This document shows, in pieces, positions 61,601 to 64,000 of a DNA stretch of 64,000 bases. Below the pieces are notes generated by a model. That model did not search any database. It saw only the letters and a list, made by a program, of their open reading frames with translations, and was not told where the DNA came from. Source of the stretch: a virus. Lineage: Duplodnaviria > Caudoviricetes. Location: the IMG/VR virus record IMGVR_UViG_3300033073_001635, positions 1-64,000 of that record; one strand, written 5' to 3'. Both the position numbers and the translations under genes were made by a program. Position 1 is the stretch's first letter. Every line of letters starts with the position of its first letter.

Positions 61601-63051
61601 GGCAGTTCAGGAGTAGCATTTGCAGGTACAATCGCTTGAGGTTTTACTTCTTCTTTTTTTGTATAAGGTCTTAGTTGCAGATAATACCTTAAGGTATTAT
61701 CTGCAAATTTATAACCAAATTTATCAAAATAAAGCCTAATAAAAGGGGCTATTATTTTAAAGACTTCTTCCTCTTTTACTAATTTGTCTAAACCTTTTCC
61801 ATAAATAGCAAATCCTTCTGGGGTACCTGAACTAAAACGTAAATTTATTTCATTTTTTACATTATCATAATGTACTAAAATGGAACTGTTAATAGTTACT
61901 TTATTAAAATTAAGAAATTGGAATTGCATGTTTTCATCTATATTACCTTGTTCTAATTTTCTTAATTTTTCCAAATTAGTTGTAAGTCTTTCTTTAGTAT
62001 CTGTTGAACTAGGATTTTCAATTAAAAATTTTTCAATAAATTTAATAGATTCAGGATTTTTCTTTAAAGAAATAGAAGGTAGATAAACTTCATTGCCAGA
62101 ATCGTAAAACTCAGAAACTTGAGCATCGTTAAAATTTTCTGCAAGAAAAGTATAAAAGGAATTCTCGTTAGCTATTTCTAAATTTTTTCTTGATTTTAAA
62201 GTACGTAAAGCATCATTTATTTTTTCTCTTACTTCTTCAGATACAGATTCTCCTTTAAAACTTTCTACTTGATTTCCCATATCAATAAAAAAATCCATTT
62301 TCTCTTTAAATGGAGTATTATTTGGTTTTTTTATTTGACTATAGAATTCTTTTATAAAAAAGAATTCAGTTTTAGAATATTTATAAAATATATCATATGT
62401 TTTCTCTGACATTACATAAAAATGATCGTTAATTATTTCGTAATACTGTCCCATAGGCGCAGTAAATTCATTTTTTCCAGGCTCTACTGCGCCTGGTCTG
62501 TCTCCTGGTCTTTTTTCTGCTAGCCAACGAAAATGACTTCTACCGTCAGTGAAAAAGAATATAAAACAAAAATTTTCTTTAATATACTTTTTATATTCTT
62601 CTGAATTGTTAAATCCTAAAGAATTAATTAATTCTTTAGTTGTATTACTATAAAAACGAGAATAAGTATCATCTAATAAATATAGGGTTAAAGGCTTATC
62701 TACTTTTTTTAAATTAATCGAAATTGGAGAATTAGAAATATTATCAAAAAACCCACCATGTAGAATTTGAAATCCCTCTACACAAGGTGGACAGCCTGTA
62801 CTACCTTCTGTAAGAAAAATTACTTTTTTTGTAGCTTTACTATATCTTTTTAATGCGGTTGCAAATGCAGTAGCTTTATTTTTTAAAGCTTGTCTGACTT
62901 TTGGTACATTGTAATCATCTGTAGAATCCCCAATACCAAAATACATTACTTCAGCATATTCGTCAGAAATCCCTAATCTCTCAATTGACATGTTTTGTGC
63001 AGCTGCATATTCTTTTGCAGTCATTAATCCTTTGATACCTAATTCATTCAT
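52648..63051 (-). CDS. 3467-aa baseplate hub-like virion protein with internal peptidase M15 domain and hydrophobic segments
   Basis: Hub-type motifs QLRAGYSSNPKEL...SGKI and YAGEIIILGNPEINPYD...VEAVTHIFS. M15 motifs ITSGF...SQHYFGSAVDI...GIGVY...FVHIDLR at about 60135-60625. Pro-rich linker at about 61490-61640. Confidence 0.75.
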   Translation of the reverse strand: MNELGIKGLMTAKEYAAAQNMSIERLGISDEYAEVMYFGIGDSTDDYNVPKVRQALKNKATAFATALKRYSKATKKVIFLTEGSTGCPPCVEGFQILHGGFFDNISNSPISINLKKVDKPLTLYLLDDTYSRFYSNTTKELINSLGFNNSEEYKKYIKENFCFIFFFTDGRSHFRWLAEKRPGDRPGAVEPGKNEFTAPMGQYYEIINDHFYVMSEKTYDIFYKYSKTEFFFIKEFYSQIKKPNNTPFKEKMDFFIDMGNQVESFKGESVSEEVREKINDALRTLKSRKNLEIANENSFYTFLAENFNDAQVSEFYDSGNEVYLPSISLKKNPESIKFIEKFLIENPSSTDTKERLTTNLEKLRKLEQGNIDENMQFQFLNFNKVTINSSILVHYDNVKNEINLRFSSGTPEGFAIYGKGLDKLVKEEEVFKIIAPFIRLYFDKFGYKFADNTLRYYLQLRPYTKKEEVKPQAIVPANATPELPAPPPQPIPEPVPPPVVEPAPVAEIPPEPPKPEPKPEIQTPTPVVEEAWPLKYLTEDDLKTFKTMNSFLNGSETNESPYQPWLEKNYVSNIFTKTKVLPLTIEDGPDFKTKDNVLVSVSGGINSLTANIPILGQAYPTTQFLSSMEPNYQLNLIASNNMHANGLEDSASDLPNAIKRLEEINTTTLRTAREYKFVPDGTGILVDSFITRLFGSFKEEYLIKENIDDKESYFINVKKPISIESTEYRTLESNPGASAYTMRLSETNVYDSERLKELTTNKTAKNENLYNDVVNYALMNCDNSNYSSRNFDLKQGIVQEFTDDNVFEWQSKYFKSWDFFKSYVNKKEELKTLLSQKRISKVVNTNLYKLATEYLDPLVDYLQQFKELFKGVQITSGFTTQEEDTRTTFSQHYFGSAVDIVVPNFNVIHIFRRLKQIAENNKSKIGIGVYGNDILKRNSFRFPGSTPALEFEYATVMGGQKSETGFVHIDLRSNMLDQSSYDSKLTEYADQNDTTVAALKEFDKKKFSNLNEEEKELYFALRNLKINSFKTDENYSPEYQNSYFWSADKNGKYGINFGSNKVDIFKDKYPSEGQNTIYEIINNPNLDTGHTFDFLNYYLNKDYLDNNIIESITLLGGGSDPGIHPQFKNLFNKINIGSDTNTTLNPVENENGVDELDNDVDSDFIQNTKINFSKEANLYDESLRQDKFLKQLDELFNRDSVDSFFGTNYEEKRFVDLENSIKQKLMSSNVTNESTVYVYDVEAIDDLSKSEKYNDFVEKYKITNKERDPATEEVLRRYFKENKIDAVVESKRTEYDLEYKIYILDPLTASTFTKRETSNAKEELKVKKLLSMICDFHLLASVLLIEPYVYLDSETEINKELQRINSNFYGINVTPLYFNNLYYSITGLSLESYEDDVEDVKLKQQTPNIANKDLFLNHNPKSFTAKLLKTVNQASLTRIIDNSIFGSAVLGALGTVLFVSTMPVITTMALVLATLAVLPVPLLAGLKNESIKNKRVFYGEDYGNIGNWINIVVLKQIILDQSGINKVSFDKNSGLSILSQIYNQIDYEESLSFGLNDFLERINNGEEVWDFSKDIVKQYLINNPIILKYYKTSIFFKEMNQGLSFSLSNIINQSYFEEGEIKEKNGLVNNDVIQVKFAEDWLKYILGFPFLKGTPFFKENHDIYFDAENKEVSFDYFSSKTEEANEIFSHTDNLGLITEEDYKKRKNELQDKKKKYEDDLALANENLTNLKNQIKQMKNDFIKNVKGGPLYNIKTENFNKTLEPLNTQVETYIINIEDIKKNLEQAKSDYNKIDSSLTIDEIFKQAKESYKNTELEIAYPSGEIISGKFSNTDWPTLYSQLSFISNDLPKEPKFEENKKNVIKTFKEKLTLTDNYIAISINEKDSMHELYNKIPYLKEEFLNNFDDYLNKTNESSFSISESFQFEDKIESLFDKQDYNEKDYDFSKENEDLKYLNLKDLFFNIPSLLKKEIVEEYKTHNDKTIAFLKLLLEEVIKELLSSELFKANLNISENENTSDLFDFGGDRNNYPDIDLPMDPAEINSNVNLNPGFFYYESDFNDKLLSDIDARANNILKKSLKFMNDLEKGFVTEDGKNITKGNASDNYIKDILIDTQDSSSSSYIIKGGSGDSFRELILNPNASVKITFERDSNVNLTANDIAFIDIKNLIENSESAQKLTTLNNKLKEIEDKTNAIDVAFGSRTGFLNEPLELLNFYKKYNEKSDSLFFGNSDTDNAIAGKLGIFDDADLSNKKQDISEVMKQSGRKLFEKQFKMQKAYPTFRLFLIEEDAIESDTYFVFDDFYSFSAVKDFTVYKSKKLAADTAIIKLQNISGVLDGTKLGVIRDVDYEMATNRIKEVEAEKKAEQSNTQVIESLVLRPGVSCQLRAGYSSNPKELTILLSGKIADVSWSSSGDMCEVVIQSFGVELEVRKYGSSDADSGVSELEFHTTHKLLGWCMFRNELKHFGRFKKERLFQTGINNSESKEIAVSKESYLGTPPGYSDSMFQFFQSNWGWFVLADVLFSVGTVFIGGAKGLVKEAVVEGAEAVAKSAAKEAAEAGAKEAAEATVTEATKAAAKSTAKGSFISKTAQYLASSMNIVDNVLTGTKWYSKGLLAPFRWAFGSGWNPAKNTLIVNSVLKDIAAGTATLADDAIEASVRATLEATAAGGRGAILTGVAKSFGFNIARSGTNLERLLTVSPKALLSGIQKATQQGILNQKVANALVKEMSTNFNLLYAGRSALEAVSLGVVKSAKFSLLALGIGASIDIISSVVSASTNYLVDLLNNTLNPYSEKIALSPQDDAIYAPHPDRYIKPINEVMSVRSKDLIKKTGIAFLNAFSMYSTEATAEKLQKDIILGRTLAMDKRMYASIGENIFKLKNHTIWEVFHEMSLRHPGWVYGARQYGNGLEYRMFFGLPNQRYFGTPLNNRTIYRMNDIIRAISNNDLASMRRLVGETANLVDDYLDITNVGQSLKAQGENINAPKIKIYKSILLNEWNRITEKRFIPFRNYHLVSSKFNLVANNIKGVNNDVINEIAVLFVNNSSTENPEYTQRIIRSHENIPEDQIHAKAVKYDNCKGFNSALRYGTSELLNAAKEMYAGEIIILGNPEINPYDVILLDDQYTEMYGPIEVEAVTHIFSMDTGFITEIKPNALVTANEGLTYPIINSVVMYDVGRELAEKSPFDFVEVVKKYRKNQDQSSKDQIKKRLKELVDKWFEKEVGAFEMFGLFPNTIQVGYSDLLKMKPEAQQKIKESIVEDLLKQIQTNNIILQAEILNPNASIDSLIDTSAITGLLSSAAAIALATTIKFRTTKLPIAFFSALALASANFNNVVANQLRSPDSLLANKLIPGDMLVSQVADGNLMQIFPLYKNNKPLIYAGYDKINTKRRIKNKFGNIFTDFSDAMETFNIMLKEYANKENIIYSEPNFVSEAIGTLSDAGQTLLPFKLPKGTLRGYMNSYTPDQLINKSLK

Positions 63052-63053
63052 TT

Positions 63054-64000
63054 TTAATTACCTTCTTCATTTGAAATTTTGATTAAAGCTTGAGCTATTT
63101 TCTTTTGATTTTCAAGAATTCTAATTTTTTTTTCTTTAGGATCACTTATGACTTCTGTACCATTTAGAATTTCTAGTCTATAGTTTTTTAACACTTCACC
63201 TGGTAAATTCAAATAGTAATATTGATTATAATAGATTTTCATATTTAAATCTTTTTCTAACATTTTTAAAATCAATTTTATTTTTATGTATTCAGGTAAA
63301 TATGCAGAATGCAATCCTATTACTAAATTTTGAAAATTCTCCCCAACTAAACCAGATTCTAAGACTTTCATTTCTTCTTTATTAAAGATTGATTGATCAA
63401 CGCAATTAATTCCAAAGTTCTCAGTCAAAGATTTAATTTGCAAATAATTGTAATATCTAACATATACGTTACTAAAATAAGGTTCTCTAACACTCATTGA
63501 AAAATTATATTTTTTTAAATTTCTATACATTGAAGTAAAATATGTTTCTGATTCTTTTTTAGTAGAATTAGAAGTAGAATTTGTTTCTGTAGTTGCTTCT
63601 TGATTTCGTGTTTGTGTTGTTAAAGTATATCTTATTTGTGCTAATTTTTTAATATCAAAAACAGGGAAAACAAAACTAGAAAAATAAGTATCGCTTATGG
63701 GTATTAAAAGTGATTCTAATTCTTTTCGAAACATCAAATTAGGAGAATAAGGATAATAATTAAAATATTTTAAATCCAATTCCGCTTCAAAAGAAGAAAC
63801 ACCAGCTTGATAAGAACTAATTCTAAATCCGACTACAGTGCAAAACAAATTAGTAGGATTATTTTTATCAAATGCTAAATTAGGATCAATTTCTAAAATA
63901 GAATTTTTAATATAATCATTCTTTACCCATACAAAAGGATTATTCCTTATCTGAATAATCAATCTATGTAACATTAAAATCATCTCTCTATTAAATAATA
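63054..64000 (-). CDS. tail-associated structural protein, 5' end outside the window
   Basis: The frame stays open to the window edge upstream of ATG 63983. NPFVWVKN...LKYFNYYPY. Confidence 0.55.
   Translation of the reverse strand, partial: LFNREMILMLHRLIIQIRNNPFVWVKNDYIKNSILEIDPNLAFDKNNPTNLFCTVVGFRISSYQAGVSSFEAELDLKYFNYYPYSPNLMFRKELESLLIPISDTYFSSFVFPVFDIKKLAQIRYTLTTQTRNQEATTETNSTSNSTKKESETYFTSMYRNLKKYNFSMSVREPYFSNVYVRYYNYLQIKSLTENFGINCVDQSIFNKEEMKVLESGLVGENFQNLVIGLHSAYLPEYIKIKLILKMLEKDLNMKIYYNQYYYLNLPGEVLKNYRLEILNGTEVISDPKEKKIRILENQKKIAQALIKISNEEGN

Noticed and set aside
159-62086. Short opposite-strand or alternative-frame ORFs in the track (e.g. 159-350, 3341-3571, 4009-4711, 8569-8760, 21010-22359, 55298-55534, 60932-62086)
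   Set aside because: They are shadows of long genes with recognisable motifs and have no SD sites or protein features of their own.
1-64000. Alternative genetic code (stop-codon reassignment) as a cause of the fragmented genes
   Set aside because: TAA, TAG and TGA all end genes at sensible boundaries, and very long ORFs are intact under code 11. The breaks are explained by the intron, the intein and gene insertion.

Overview
This is a very AT-rich, densely packed segment of a large (probably jumbo) myophage genome in the standard genetic code. The host cannot be determined from the window. The + strand (1-28572) carries replication, recombination and metabolism genes: a Type ISP R-M C-terminus, recA, dnaE, a metallophosphoesterase, Cas4-like nucleases, GMP reductase, a primase-helicase fusion, ClpP, a Holliday junction resolvase and an NTP-transferase. 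The - strand (28562-64000) carries a convergent tail/baseplate operon with a fibre, baseplate J, a gp25-like protein and a 3467-aa hub-like protein that contains a peptidase M15 domain. The main observations are: (1) recA is interrupted by a fully reconstructable group I intron (2171-3111) whose EDxHD/Vsr-like homing endonuclease lies in the P1 loop and overlaps the internal guide sequence. (2) The DnaE polymerase is in three genes. One break has no intein and separates the dNTP-binding residues from the catalytic aspartates. The other is a naturally split intein whose halves are about 8 kb apart. (3) That 8-kb gap holds a cassette of fibre/decoration genes, including two repeated modules of one stalk plus three small head genes, lysis-like genes and an unannotated 47-aa Cys-rich metallothionein-like peptide. 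No tRNA, rRNA or CRISPR array was seen. All assignments come from motif recognition by eye; no database searches were run.
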